64,000 nucleotides of DNA from Candidatus Moraniibacteriota bacterium (GCA_008012175.1 SSEF01000001.1:25061-89060), one strand, 5' to 3'; shown: positions 9,151-18,976, numbered from the stretch's first letter. Numbers and translations are program-made. The notes: generated by a model not told the origin, from the letters alone.

Positions 9151-9687
9151 ATGTACCGCATGCTGAAGAAAATCCTGATGACGCCGCTTGTTGCAGAGAG
9201 CGAGAGAGATATCCGCGGATCGGAATTCGAGGTAGTTGGTGCGGCTGTGAAAGAACGGGCGAAGAGAGTGTTCGGCGGATCGATTGCGATCCGTGAAGTG
9301 GCAGCCGGATCGAGTAATGCAGAAGAGCAGGAGCTCACAGCTTTGACGAACGCCTACTATGATGTCGAGCGTTTTGGTGTTCATTTCGTCGCCTCTCCTC
9401 GGCATGCTGATATGCTGTTCGTGACGGGTCCGGTCAGTCGTAACATGGCCGATGGCGTCCGCCACGCATATGAAGCGATGCCAACACCAAAGTGGGTCGT
9501 AGCGGTCGGGGATGGCGCGATCGACGGCGGTATCTATCGCGATTCGTATGCTGTTTACAACAGCGTCGGAGATCTTATCCCGGTAGACTTCAAGATCCCG
9601 GGCGATCCGCCGTCACCTCTGGTAATTCTGAAAGCCATCCTTGAAATGCTTGACACCATTGATGCACATCGTCCTGACAAAGCCTAG
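9151..9687 (+). CDS. NuoB / [NiFe]-hydrogenase small-subunit homologue lacking all four [4Fe-4S]-ligating cysteines (EhrS-like)
   Basis: Aligns to the HycG/NuoB core (ASPRHADMLFVTGPV, VVAVGDGAIDGG, IPGDPP). The canonical GSCNGCE / GxCAxxGG / GCPP positions read GSSNAEE / GDGAIDGG / GDPP. The whole protein contains zero Cys. Confidence 0.8.
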   Translation: MYRMLKKILMTPLVAESERDIRGSEFEVVGAAVKERAKRVFGGSIAIREVAAGSSNAEEQELTALTNAYYDVERFGVHFVASPRHADMLFVTGPVSRNMADGVRHAYEAMPTPKWVVAVGDGAIDGGIYRDSYAVYNSVGDLIPVDFKIPGDPPSPLVILKAILEMLDTIDAHRPDKA

Positions 9688-9690
9688 GCT

Positions 9691-11748
9691 ATGGAATTTT
9701 TTCTGACTCAAGAGGCGCTGTTCCTTTTCGTAGGCCTTTTCCTTTTTGGGGCTATCGCTTCATTTATTGCTGATGTATGGATGAACGATGGCGGCCGACT
9801 GGCGAATCTCTTAGCGCATGGCGCGGCTATGATCGGTTCGTTCGTTGGATTCATAATGGCGGTAGTAGTCCTCGTGAATGGTCGAGGTGTCAATTGGGAG
9901 TTTGAAAGCGCCTTCCCGCTCCTCGAGCTTTCCTTTCGCCTCGATGGCATGAGCGCTTTTTTCCTCGGGCTCTCAGCCTGTATCGGAGTCCTTGCCTCGA
10001 TATACGGCTATGGCTATCAGCGGCACTTTATCGGGAGCGGCCGGCTCGGCTCGTACGGATTTTTCTACAACCTCTTCGTTGGGAGCTTGCTCCTTGTAGG
10101 AGTCGCGAATCAGGCGCTCTTCTTTCTCCTTATTTGGGAGATGATGTCTCTCGCATCTTACTTCCTTGTCGTTTTCGAGCGTGAGAAAATTGAAAATGTC
10201 AGAGCCGGCTTTCTCTATTTCCTCATGACTCATTTCGGAACGGCATTTATCGTGTTGGCATGCCTCTTAGCCTACCATGCGACCGGTTCATTCTCATTCG
10301 ATGCATGGCGTGAGGCATTCGGAACGCTTTCTTCCGGTACAGAATTCCTTATCCTCAGCTCTGCCCTTATTGGTTTTGCGACAAAAGCTGGGCTCATCCC
10401 GCTCCATATCTGGCTGCCAGAAGCTCATCCTGCAGCGCCGTCCCATGTCTCGGCTCTCATGTCTGGTATCATGGTGAAAACGGCGCTTTTCATGCTGTTC
10501 AGGTTCTTCTTCGATTTTTTTCAAGGCGCACGCGTTGAATGGGGGGTAGCATTTCTTATTATTGGGGCCATCTCGGCGATTCTAGGCATCCTTTATGCCA
10601 ATGCAGAGCGCGATCTGAAGCGAATCCTCGCCTATAGCACGGTTGAAAATGTAGGTATCATCACGATCGCCTTTGGCGCCGGTCTGGCGCTGTTTGCACT
10701 GGATCAGGAAAGGGTAGCGCTGTTTGCGCTCGCCGCCGCTTTTTACCACCTTGTAAATCATGCAGTCTTCAAGTCGCTTCTATTTTTCGGAGCAGGCTCT
10801 GTCGTGAGCACAACCGGTACGCGGAATACGGAATCGTATGGCGGACTGATTCGGGTAATGCCGTATACCGCCGCCTTTTTCCTCATTGGTTCTCTGGCAA
10901 TTTCAGCCCTGCCTCCGTTTAATGGATTTGTGAGCGAGTGGCTGACTTTTCAGGTTCTGTTCGTCGGGATTGTCGGGGCTCCGCTTGCCGTGAAGTCAGC
11001 TTTTCTCTTTGCACTGGCCGCACTTGTTTTCACAAGCGGACTGGCGCTTGCCTGTTTCGTAAAAGTCTTTGGAATCACTTTTCTTGCTCGGCCGCGGACG
11101 GATGGAGCGAAGGATGCCTGTGAGGTATCGTGGCTCATGCTGTCGCCGATGGCACTCCTCTCGATTGCTACACTGGCACTCGGACTCTTTTCATCTCATG
11201 TGCTTTCCGCCCTGACGGGAGTTGTTGCGAGCATCGGATTGACAAATCCAGCAACTTTACGTTTTCCATTTCTCGAAATCATCGCTTCGCGCCATGCGTT
11301 TGCTGACGTCTTACCGCTCGCTATGATTGCTATATTTCTTGTAATTACCTTGGCTGTCGTGTTTATGACTATCCGCATCATGACGCGCAATCGGACTGTG
11401 ACGATCGGTCCGACCTGGGACTGCGGATTTCCGCTCTCTGGACGGAACGAAATTACAGCGACCAGCTTTTCCCGATCGCTCGTCACTATTTTCCGCGGCG
11501 TGCTCCGCCCGACCCGACAGTCGATGATCGAATACCATGATGAACAAACGCGTTATTTTGTGAAGGCCGCATCCATCGAGACGGGACTCCAGGACATCTA
11601 TCGTGAACGGCTGTATTATCCGGCTGGTAAAATGTTGCATTTCTTGGCTGACCGTATCCGACGCATCCAGACAGGCAATGTGAATATGTATATTCTTTAC
11701 CTCGCTCTCGCATTAATTGGTGCGCTTCTCTGGGCAGCGCGAGCTTGA
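9691..11748 (+). CDS. NuoL/MrpA/HyfB-like antiporter-type membrane subunit
   Basis: 685 aa polytopic protein with the conserved WLPEAHPAAPSHVSALMSG... motif of complex I subunit L / Mrp antiporter subunit A. Confidence 0.85.
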   Translation: MEFFLTQEALFLFVGLFLFGAIASFIADVWMNDGGRLANLLAHGAAMIGSFVGFIMAVVVLVNGRGVNWEFESAFPLLELSFRLDGMSAFFLGLSACIGVLASIYGYGYQRHFIGSGRLGSYGFFYNLFVGSLLLVGVANQALFFLLIWEMMSLASYFLVVFEREKIENVRAGFLYFLMTHFGTAFIVLACLLAYHATGSFSFDAWREAFGTLSSGTEFLILSSALIGFATKAGLIPLHIWLPEAHPAAPSHVSALMSGIMVKTALFMLFRFFFDFFQGARVEWGVAFLIIGAISAILGILYANAERDLKRILAYSTVENVGIITIAFGAGLALFALDQERVALFALAAAFYHLVNHAVFKSLLFFGAGSVVSTTGTRNTESYGGLIRVMPYTAAFFLIGSLAISALPPFNGFVSEWLTFQVLFVGIVGAPLAVKSAFLFALAALVFTSGLALACFVKVFGITFLARPRTDGAKDACEVSWLMLSPMALLSIATLALGLFSSHVLSALTGVVASIGLTNPATLRFPFLEIIASRHAFADVLPLAMIAIFLVITLAVVFMTIRIMTRNRTVTIGPTWDCGFPLSGRNEITATSFSRSLVTIFRGVLRPTRQSMIEYHDEQTRYFVKAASIETGLQDIYRERLYYPAGKMLHFLADRIRRIQTGNVNMYILYLALALIGALLWAARA

Positions 11749-11758
11749 TTGCATACCT

Positions 11759-12733
11759 ATGACCACAAGCATCCTCTTCCTTGTTTTCCAGGTTGTCGCT
11801 GTCCCGACATTTTCACCTCTCATGATCGGAATCATCCGAAAAATGAAAGCGCGGCTTCAGGGGCGGGTCGGTGCGGATATCTTTCAACCATATCGTGATC
11901 TCCGGAAGCTTTTCTCCAAGGATGAGGTTATTTCATCTGATGCATCGTGGATCACGCGTTTCGCACCGTATGTCATTTTTTCAATTACGCTTCTTCTTGG
12001 CGCAACCGTGCCGCTTGTGACGGCGATAGCACCAATGATTCCGGGTCGGCCCGATCTTCTCTTGACGGCGACCGGCGATTTTCTCGTTATTGCCTACCTG
12101 TTTGCTCTTATGACATTTTTTCTCGCGCTCGCCGGCATGGATGCCGGAAGCGGCTTCGGTGGCTTTGGATCAAGCCGTGAAATGATGGTGGCTGCGCTTG
12201 CAGAGGCTGGTCTCATCTTCTCGCTTCTCCCAGCATCGTTTCTTGCAGGAACGGGACATATCCTCGACATGATCGGGCAGCTCGAAAATTTACCAATGAC
12301 ATCAGCCTTTCCGCTTTTTGTCGCTTTCCTTGCCTTCCTTATCGCGCTCCTTGCAGAGAACGCTCGATTCCCGGTGGATAATCCTGCGACACATCTTGAG
12401 CTCACTATGATTCACGAAGCGATGCTGCTCGAGTATTCGGGCAAGCGTCTGGCGCTCATGGAATGGGCGGGCGCCAACAAGCTCATGATTTTCATCGCGC
12501 TCGCCGTCAACATCTTCTTCCCTTGGGGGGTTGCTTTCGAGTTCTCTTCTCTTCAATCCCTTGCTGTTCCGGTGCTCATATTCTCAGTCAAGTCCTTGGG
12601 TCTTCTCATGCTGATCGCACTTATCGAGTCGCTTATGGCGAAGTTCCGGATCTTCCGAGTCCCAGATCTCCTTTTCACCTCATTTGTTCTCGGCATGATT
12701 GCCGTAGTATTGACCGTCTCGCTCACCGTCTAA
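11759..12733 (+). CDS. NuoH/HycD-like membrane subunit
   Basis: LMIGIIRKMKARLQGRVGADIFQPYRDLRKLFSKDEVIS matches the NuoH/HycD N-terminal signature. ATG at 11759 chosen because the longer ORF overlaps the upstream gene. Confidence 0.8.
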   Translation: MTTSILFLVFQVVAVPTFSPLMIGIIRKMKARLQGRVGADIFQPYRDLRKLFSKDEVISSDASWITRFAPYVIFSITLLLGATVPLVTAIAPMIPGRPDLLLTATGDFLVIAYLFALMTFFLALAGMDAGSGFGGFGSSREMMVAALAEAGLIFSLLPASFLAGTGHILDMIGQLENLPMTSAFPLFVAFLAFLIALLAENARFPVDNPATHLELTMIHEAMLLEYSGKRLALMEWAGANKLMIFIALAVNIFFPWGVAFEFSSLQSLAVPVLIFSVKSLGLLMLIALIESLMAKFRIFRVPDLLFTSFVLGMIAVVLTVSLTV

Positions 12734-13404
12734 TGATTTCCCATATGGAATCCCAGTTTCTCCAACTCGCCCTCTCGCTCGACCTGCTGGCCTTCATGGC
12801 TGTTATCGGGCTTCATCTGGTGAAGAGTACGAAGTATACGGTCAGGCTGTACGCTCTTCAGTCAGTAGCAGTTGCGGCCGTGCTTGTCATCTTAGGCATG
12901 GCAAAGGATGAACAGGGGCTTGTTGCAATCGGCATGATCACATTCTTCGCCAAAGTGATCATCGCCCCACTCCTTTTCTCCCGCCTGGTTCACCGATTCG
13001 GCAATTTAGTCGCGAGCGCCAGCTACCTCTCAACACCAGCGACGCTTGCAGTGCTTCTCGGACTCATTGTCTTTGCGGCCTCCTCGGTCTTTGATCCTCT
13101 CTGGAGTATCGCAGCCGTCACGCCGGATGTCTTCGTTTTCAATATCGCCATGGTTCTTATCGCGATCTTCCTCCTTATTAATCGGCAAGGCGCATTGGCT
13201 CAGATTATTGCCATCCTGGCACTTGAGAATAGCATCGTGCTCTTCGCTCTCTTCATCGGCGTGAAGCAGACCCTTGCCCTTGAGCTCGGCATCATTTTTG
13301 ACATCGTGATCTGGATGGTGATTGCCTACGCCTTTCTCCGTCTCGTCTATCGCCAGTTCGGATCATTGGATACTCGCGAGATGCGACAGCTGATTGAAGA
13401 CTAA
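12733..13404 (+). CDS. HyfE/NuoK-like small membrane subunit
   Basis: Entirely hydrophobic 223-aa protein (ILALENSIVLFALF...). Start overlaps the upstream stop (TAATG). The ORF-track extension to 12463 lies inside the previous gene. Confidence 0.6.
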   Translation: MISHMESQFLQLALSLDLLAFMAVIGLHLVKSTKYTVRLYALQSVAVAAVLVILGMAKDEQGLVAIGMITFFAKVIIAPLLFSRLVHRFGNLVASASYLSTPATLAVLLGLIVFAASSVFDPLWSIAAVTPDVFVFNIAMVLIAIFLLINRQGALAQIIAILALENSIVLFALFIGVKQTLALELGIIFDIVIWMVIAYAFLRLVYRQFGSLDTREMRQLIED

Positions 13405-13413
13405 GGAAACCAT

Positions 13414-14862
13414 ATGCTCCTCACTCTTGTATTCGTTCCATTTCTTACCGCACTTCTGGCCTTTCTCCTGCCGGCGAAGAAGACTCGCTTTATAGAAGCC
13501 GGGGTGATCATGGCGGCCGGAATCGAGCTTGCTTTGGCGGTGAGATGCATAAGCGTCATAGCGGCAGGCAATCTGGTCCGCGGGACGGCATCTTTGGCTA
13601 TTGATAGCCTTTCAAGCTTCCTGATCCTCCTGATCGCATTGGTCGGATTCTTCGTCTCACTGTATTCTGTCGGCTACCTTCGTACAGAGGTCGGGAAGGG
13701 GATTATCGGACCACGCCGAGTACGCCAGTTCTTCATCCTGCTCGAACTTTTTCTCTTCGCGATGTATCTGGCAGTTGCTACGGTGAATCCGATTATCACG
13801 TGGATCGCGATCGAGGCCACGACTCTAGCGACGGCATTTCTTATCAGCTTCTATAACAAGCCAACAGCAACTGAGGCAGCCTGGAAGTACCTCATCCTGA
13901 ATTCCCTTGGTCTCCTCATTGGCCTCCTTGGCACCCTCGTGTTTATTGCTATTCTCGGTGATCGGTCCGGAGCAGCAATCTGGTCGGAGATGGTAGCCTC
14001 TGCCGGTACGGTATCGCCAGCTGCGATAAAGATCGCTTTCGTATTCATCCTTATCGGATATGGCACCAAGGTCGGCCTTGTCCCGCTCCATGCGTGGCTG
14101 CCAGATGCTCACAGCAAGGCTCCATCGCCTATCTCAGCGCTTCTTTCCGGTGTTCTTCTCAATGTCGCCCTCTTTGCGGTGTTGCGCTGGAAAGAAGCGG
14201 CCGATGTCGCGCTCGGAAGCGATCAGTTCACGGGCGGACTGCTGATCTTCTTTGGTCTGCTCTCGGTTTTTCTCGCAGCATTCATCATTTTTGTTCAGCA
14301 GAACTACAAGCGTCTCTTGGCCTACTCAAGCATTGAGCATATGGGGCTCATAGTGATCGGTTTTGGTCTTGGAGGGGTGGGGACGATCGCTGGCCTTCTC
14401 CATATGCTCTACCATGCATTGGCAAAGTCGATGCTCTTCCTTCTGGCAGGCAATATCTTTCTTCGCTATAGCTCGACAAAGCTGAAAAATGTCAGCGGCC
14501 TTATTGAGGCACTGCCACTTTCGGGACCCCTGTTTTTTGCCGGTATTCTCATGCTGTCTGGATTGCCACCATTTGCTATCTTTATGACGAAATCACTCAT
14601 CCTTTCGGCGGGTATCGCTTTCTCGCCATGGCTAGTCGGAGCGCTGCTCATCGTACTTTCCGTCATGTTCTTCGGCCTGTTCCGTTTTGTCACCAAGCTC
14701 GCCTACGGGCCGGTTCCGGAGGGAATCGAGCAGGGAGAAGCGCATTTCCTGACGCAACTCCCAGTAATCCTTCTTTTCGCCCTGCTTCTCGTCTTGAGTT
14801 GGTATATGCCTGAGACGCTTGATACGGTTCTGGCTTCCATCCGAGAGACCTTCTTACGCTAA
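13414..14862 (+). CDS. NuoN/NuoM/HyfF-like antiporter-type membrane subunit
   Basis: 482 aa, about 14 TM, with motif LVPLHAWLPDAHSKAPSPISALLSG typical of complex I subunits M/N and Mrp subunit D. Confidence 0.8.
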   Translation: MLLTLVFVPFLTALLAFLLPAKKTRFIEAGVIMAAGIELALAVRCISVIAAGNLVRGTASLAIDSLSSFLILLIALVGFFVSLYSVGYLRTEVGKGIIGPRRVRQFFILLELFLFAMYLAVATVNPIITWIAIEATTLATAFLISFYNKPTATEAAWKYLILNSLGLLIGLLGTLVFIAILGDRSGAAIWSEMVASAGTVSPAAIKIAFVFILIGYGTKVGLVPLHAWLPDAHSKAPSPISALLSGVLLNVALFAVLRWKEAADVALGSDQFTGGLLIFFGLLSVFLAAFIIFVQQNYKRLLAYSSIEHMGLIVIGFGLGGVGTIAGLLHMLYHALAKSMLFLLAGNIFLRYSSTKLKNVSGLIEALPLSGPLFFAGILMLSGLPPFAIFMTKSLILSAGIAFSPWLVGALLIVLSVMFFGLFRFVTKLAYGPVPEGIEQGEAHFLTQLPVILLFALLLVLSWYMPETLDTVLASIRETFLR

Positions 14863-14874
14863 GCGACTACCTCT

Positions 14875-16461
14875 ATGATCGACCCAAAGAATCTTCTTCA
14901 ACGCTTCGGACTCGGTATTACCGAATCGAAAGTCGAGGATAACCGTATCTTGTTCGAAATCAATGCATCAGAACTTTCTTCCGTGGTTCGGACTCTGAAG
15001 AAAAATCATGCTTTGCCACTGAAGACGGTTACGGGGAGTGATGAACGCGCGATGGGGAGAAATTTCCGTATTTATTATGTTTTCGGAATCCCGAAGGAAA
15101 ACGTCTTCCTTATACCTTTCATTTCCGTGAGCGCAGAGAATCCCTCTTTCCCATCTCTGACGCCAGAGGATCAGGAATTTTCCATGTATGAACGTGAGAT
15201 CCTGACCTTTTTCGGGCTTATGCCAATTGGACATCCGGCTCCAGAGCGTATCACGCTTCATTCGGAAAATTTCCCCAAGGATATCCATCCGCTTCGGAAA
15301 GAGTTCAGATGGAATACGCCGATTGTCGAGCCGAAGGAGAAGGAATGGCCTACGTTCAAGAAATACGAAGGCGAGGGTGTCTACGAGATACCGGTTGGAC
15401 CGGTCCATGCTGGCATTATCGAACCGGGGCATTTTCGTTTCAGCGTGCTTGGCGAGGAAATCCTCCGTCTCGAGCCGCGGCTTGGCTATGTGCACAAGGG
15501 GACGGAGAAGCTTTTTGAGGCGCTTCCCTCGGAGCGGCAGGTAGCTTTAGCTGAGCGCATCTCAGGCGATAGCTCGTTTCATCATGCACTTGCCTATTGT
15601 CAGGCAATCGAATCGCTCGCTTCAACAGAGATCCCGAAGAGAAGTCTCTACCTTCGGATGATCATGGCCGAGCTCGAGCGTCTCGCCAATCACTATAACG
15701 ACCTTGCGTTCATCATGCTCGATACGGGGCTTGCTTTCGGTGGAAGCCAAGGAACGCGGCTCCGCGAGCGAGTACTGCAGTGGCATGAGCGCCTCACCGG
15801 CAGCCGGTTTCTACGCGGCGTGCTGGCACCGGGCGGACTCCTGAAGGATGTGCCGAAGCATGAGCTGGACGCGCTCAGAATCGACCTCATCGATCTTGAG
15901 AATGACTTTATTGAGGTGATGGAAGCAGTTTCCGAGAGTCTCTCCCTTCTCAATCGACTTCAGAATACTGGCCGCCTCGAGCGCTCGATCGGTGAGGATC
16001 ACGGCATCGTGGGCATCGGGGCGCGGGCGATCGGCCTCGAACGTGATGCGCGGATTGATTTTCCATACGCCGCCTACGATTCGGTCCATTTTTCTGTCCC
16101 AACCGAGGCAGATGGCGATGTGTATGCTCGCTATAAGGTCCGGGAACGCGAGATCCATCAGTCATTCAAGATAATCCACCAATCAATCGATCGAGCGATT
16201 TCGTCTAACGGGCCGGTCAGTATACCGATCGGCAATCTCGCTCCGAATGCTCACGCCGTCGGTCTCGTCGAGGGCTGGCGCGGGGACATCGTCTATTTCG
16301 TCCTGACCGATGCATCGGGCCTCATCATGCGGGTCAAAGTGCGCGACCCGTCGTTCCTTAACTGGCAGGTATTTCCGTATCTTGTGACAAGCGATATGGT
16401 TCCCGACTTCCCACTCATCAACAAGAGCCTCAATCTTTCTTATACGGGCAATGACCTCTGA
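14875..16461 (+). CDS. Fused NuoC-NuoD / HycE-like large subunit lacking the [NiFe]-site cysteines (EhrL-like)
   Basis: N-terminal NuoC-like domain, then a NuoD/large-subunit domain (IPVGPVHAGIIEPGHFRF...). The RxCGxC and DPCxxC positions read GPVHAG and RDPSFLNW. Only one Cys in 528 aa. Confidence 0.8.
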   Translation: MIDPKNLLQRFGLGITESKVEDNRILFEINASELSSVVRTLKKNHALPLKTVTGSDERAMGRNFRIYYVFGIPKENVFLIPFISVSAENPSFPSLTPEDQEFSMYEREILTFFGLMPIGHPAPERITLHSENFPKDIHPLRKEFRWNTPIVEPKEKEWPTFKKYEGEGVYEIPVGPVHAGIIEPGHFRFSVLGEEILRLEPRLGYVHKGTEKLFEALPSERQVALAERISGDSSFHHALAYCQAIESLASTEIPKRSLYLRMIMAELERLANHYNDLAFIMLDTGLAFGGSQGTRLRERVLQWHERLTGSRFLRGVLAPGGLLKDVPKHELDALRIDLIDLENDFIEVMEAVSESLSLLNRLQNTGRLERSIGEDHGIVGIGARAIGLERDARIDFPYAAYDSVHFSVPTEADGDVYARYKVREREIHQSFKIIHQSIDRAISSNGPVSIPIGNLAPNAHAVGLVEGWRGDIVYFVLTDASGLIMRVKVRDPSFLNWQVFPYLVTSDMVPDFPLINKSLNLSYTGNDL

Positions 16462-16634
16462 CCCGTTTGATGAAAGCCTTCTTTTCCCTCCGGAATGCGC
16501 TACGCTTGGGGTGCCTGCCATACACCGGTGAAGGGAGGAGGGTATCGACACAAGCGTACTGTTCATTCGTTCGCTCTGTATGCCGCCAACCTGGGACGGC
16601 ACTGGTCGCGAGAGACCGGTGCCTCTTTCTTGCG

Positions 16635-17012
16635 CTAGTGATGCATCCTATTGGAATCCGGATACCATTCTTTTTCCCATTCTTGCATCATATCGATCTC
16701 CTTTGTTTGTGCGGCAATGATGTCTTCGGCAAGCTTCCGAAGCTCGGGACGTTTTGAAGTCTCTAGCACCTGCTTAGCCATTGCTACGGCACCTTCATGA
16801 TGAATGACCATTTCTTGGAGGAATGCCTGATCAAACGTATCTCCTGTCTTTCCGGTGAGGCTGGCGGTCATGCTGTCCATACTTTCCTCCATGGTCATCT
16901 GGCTATGATCCATCGGGGCCTGGGCCGTCTTGGCTCCCCAGAGGCCGTAGCCGAGAGTGAGACCGATGCCAAGCGATACCAGGCCGAGATAGAGCGACTT
17001 GTTTGTTCCCAT
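16635..17012 (-). CDS. DUF305-family protein (metal-associated, signal peptide/TM at N-terminus)
   Basis: FDQAFLQEMVIHHEGAVAMAKQ...DIIAAQTKEIDMMQEW is the DUF305 signature. Confidence 0.8.
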   Translation of the reverse strand: MGTNKSLYLGLVSLGIGLTLGYGLWGAKTAQAPMDHSQMTMEESMDSMTASLTGKTGDTFDQAFLQEMVIHHEGAVAMAKQVLETSKRPELRKLAEDIIAAQTKEIDMMQEWEKEWYPDSNRMHH

Positions 17013-17046
17013 AGCGATACTTCCTACGGATTACTTCTCCTTCTTA

Positions 17047-17075
17047 GTATACTGCAACAAAAAACCGCCCCAGAG
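17047..17075 (-). terminator. Intrinsic terminator after the csp gene (minus strand)
   Basis: On the minus strand: GCCGTCCC-TCTG-GGGCGG followed by TTTTTTG, 30 nt downstream of the csp stop. Confidence 0.5.
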
Positions 17076-17106
17076 GGACGGCTTTATTGTTCGCAGGAGG
17101 AATGCC

Positions 17107-17304
17107 TTAGGCGCGGGTCACATTGACCGCGGCCGGGCCCTTCTCGGCCTCGATGACCTCGAAGCTGACGACATCGCCAACCTTGAGCTCGTCGAACGTC
17201 ACGCCGGAGAGCTCCTTGGAGTGGAAGAACAGATCCTTCGTCTCGCCTTCGCGAGCGATGAAACCGAATCCACGGTCCGTGAGCGTCTTGATAGTACCAG
17301 TCAT
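17107..17304 (-). CDS. csp: Cold-shock protein, CspA family
   Basis: MTGTIKTLTDRGFGFIAREGETKDLFFHSKEL carries the RNP1/RNP2 motifs of CspA. About 155-nt 5' UTR, typical of csp genes. Confidence 0.9.
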   Translation of the reverse strand: MTGTIKTLTDRGFGFIAREGETKDLFFHSKELSGVTFDELKVGDVVSFEVIEAEKGPAAVNVTRA

Positions 17305-17409
17305 AATGGTGCTGCTCTACATTTCAATTAATCTAGAATACGGGAAACTCGACTATATTCCTCGGCTTCTATTGCGTAGAGAATAGCATGTTTCCGAGAA
17401 AAAGGCAAC

Positions 17410-17437
17410 TTGCCACTCGAGACCGTCGTGCTATCCT
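17410..17437 (+). promoter_or_regulatory. Candidate sigma70-type promoter for the GFA gene (TTGCCA, 16-nt spacer, TATCCT)
   Basis: Read directly; RBS AGGGAGG 5 nt before the ATG at 17462. Confidence 0.35.
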
Positions 17438-17461
17438 GGGAGAAATAACAGGGAGGAAAAT

Positions 17462-17815
17462 ATGGAAAAATTTCATGGAAGATGCCACTGTGGAGCAGTG
17501 ACGTTTGAGGCTGAGGCGGAACTCAATCCCATTCTCGAATGTAACTGTTCCCACTGTAGTGTAAAAGGCCTGCTGCTCGCGTTCGTACCCGCCACACAAT
17601 TCCGACTCTTGTCCGGCGAGGCTGATCTTTCCGAATACCGGTTCAACAAGAAGGTGATAGCCCATCTTTTCTGCAAGCACTGCGGCGTCCAGCCTTTCGG
17701 CCGGGGACAGGATCCGGCTACGGGCGCAGAAACGGTCGCGATCAATGTCCGGACGCTTGCGGGCGTGGATGCTTCGAAGCTGACTCTGACACCGTTCGAT
17801 GGAAAGAGCTGGTAG
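17462..17815 (+). CDS. GFA-family (CENP-V/glutathione-dependent formaldehyde-activating enzyme-like) zinc protein
   Basis: GRCHCGAV...CNCSHCS...CKHCG cysteine pattern of the GFA domain. Confidence 0.8.
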   Translation: MEKFHGRCHCGAVTFEAEAELNPILECNCSHCSVKGLLLAFVPATQFRLLSGEADLSEYRFNKKVIAHLFCKHCGVQPFGRGQDPATGAETVAINVRTLAGVDASKLTLTPFDGKSW

Positions 17816-17818
17816 AGG

Positions 17819-18472
17819 CTAATGCGCGAGGAGCTGCTCGAGGAGCGCTGCTTGAGTATCAGCAGTATTGGCGGCTCCAGCCTTTTCGAGTGCCTCTTTC
17901 GAGTTCAATCCCCATGTTACGGCGATAATCGGTATCCCGGCTTCTTGGCAGGCTTCGACGTCGCGCACCTCGTCGCCGACATAGACCACGTCCGATGCCA
18001 CGAGCGACTGTTCGCGGAGTGTCCGTTTCAGGGCGCGGGCCTTGCCAAAGAGATTGCTGTGAGTGATGAAGTCAACCGCGAGGCCATTCGTTTCGAGAAT
18101 GGTTCGTATGGTGCGGACTTCGCTTGAGGACACCATGCCGATCCTTACCCCGTGATCGCGAAGCGTCGTAAAGACTTCTTTTGTTCCCGGGAAAACTGGC
18201 ACCTGACTTGCGAGAGCGTGGTAGTGCGCTCGTCCAGCACGGAGGATGAGCGGCAGCATGATGATGCGCCAGCCAAGCCGATGAAGGAGGAAGTCTCGCA
18301 GGTGGAGTTTTTTCAACTTGCTTGATTCGTCAGGAACGATAGGACTATAGCCGAAACGGGGCGCGAGGTCGTTCACGATGCGGAAAAAGACCAGCTCGGA
18401 ATCAGCAATTGTCCCGTCGAGGTCGAAGATGACAGTTTTGTGCATACGATCATAGGATAGCATATCGGACAA
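17819..18472 (-). CDS. HAD-superfamily hydrolase (phosphoglycolate phosphatase-like)
   Basis: Motif I FDLDGTIAD and motif IV VYVGDEVRDVEA. Confidence 0.8.
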   Translation of the reverse strand: MSDMLSYDRMHKTVIFDLDGTIADSELVFFRIVNDLAPRFGYSPIVPDESSKLKKLHLRDFLLHRLGWRIIMLPLILRAGRAHYHALASQVPVFPGTKEVFTTLRDHGVRIGMVSSSEVRTIRTILETNGLAVDFITHSNLFGKARALKRTLREQSLVASDVVYVGDEVRDVEACQEAGIPIIAVTWGLNSKEALEKAGAANTADTQAALLEQLLAH

Positions 18473-18535
18473 TTGACACGGACAAACCGAAACGCTATAA
18501 CGGGTGCATCGTCACTTACCAAAGAGAGGTGCCTC

Positions 18536-18964
18536 ATGGTTAGAAACCACCCTGTCGGCTTTCGGCTGATCGATTTGGCAGGGAGCGTTCCGCCTGATCA
18601 TCGCCCGCCGAAGCCCGGTGCCACCGGACCACGATCTGTCCGCTCGCAGCAGATCTGGGTTGACCGACAGACCGATGAGCTTTGGGAGATTGTGCTGATA
18701 TCAGCCGGCGCTTCAAGCCGGAAATTCCTTTTTACGCTGGAGCTTTACGGCGGCTACTGGGATCGGAAACGCAGGCTTTCCTGGTCGGTCCTGAACAATG
18801 GTTTTGAAGTGCTTGAAAACGCGGTCCGCTCTCGCAAAGAGAGGATTTTAGTCCTTCGGGAAATGTACATGAATGCCGAGGCCGGGACTGAGAGGTCTCC
18901 CGATGCCGCAAGTTACGTTCTTTCTTTCGGCTTCGATCCCGAGACCGGTTTCCGCATCAAATGA
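18536..18964 (+). CDS. Hypothetical protein
   Basis: ORF with normal GC. Start moved to the internal ATG (MVRNHPVGF...) because the longer ORF leaves zero intergenic space for the divergent HAD gene. No recognisable domain. Confidence 0.35.
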   Translation: MVRNHPVGFRLIDLAGSVPPDHRPPKPGATGPRSVRSQQIWVDRQTDELWEIVLISAGASSRKFLFTLELYGGYWDRKRRLSWSVLNNGFEVLENAVRSRKERILVLREMYMNAEAGTERSPDAASYVLSFGFDPETGFRIK

Positions 18965-18976
18965 TGCGGTCTTTTT

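Noticed and set aside
12463-12732. N-terminal extension of the HyfE-like ORF back to ATG 12463
   Set aside because: Lies entirely inside the 3' part of the NuoH-like gene in another frame. The TAATG overlap start at 12733 gives a fully hydrophobic protein of the expected size.
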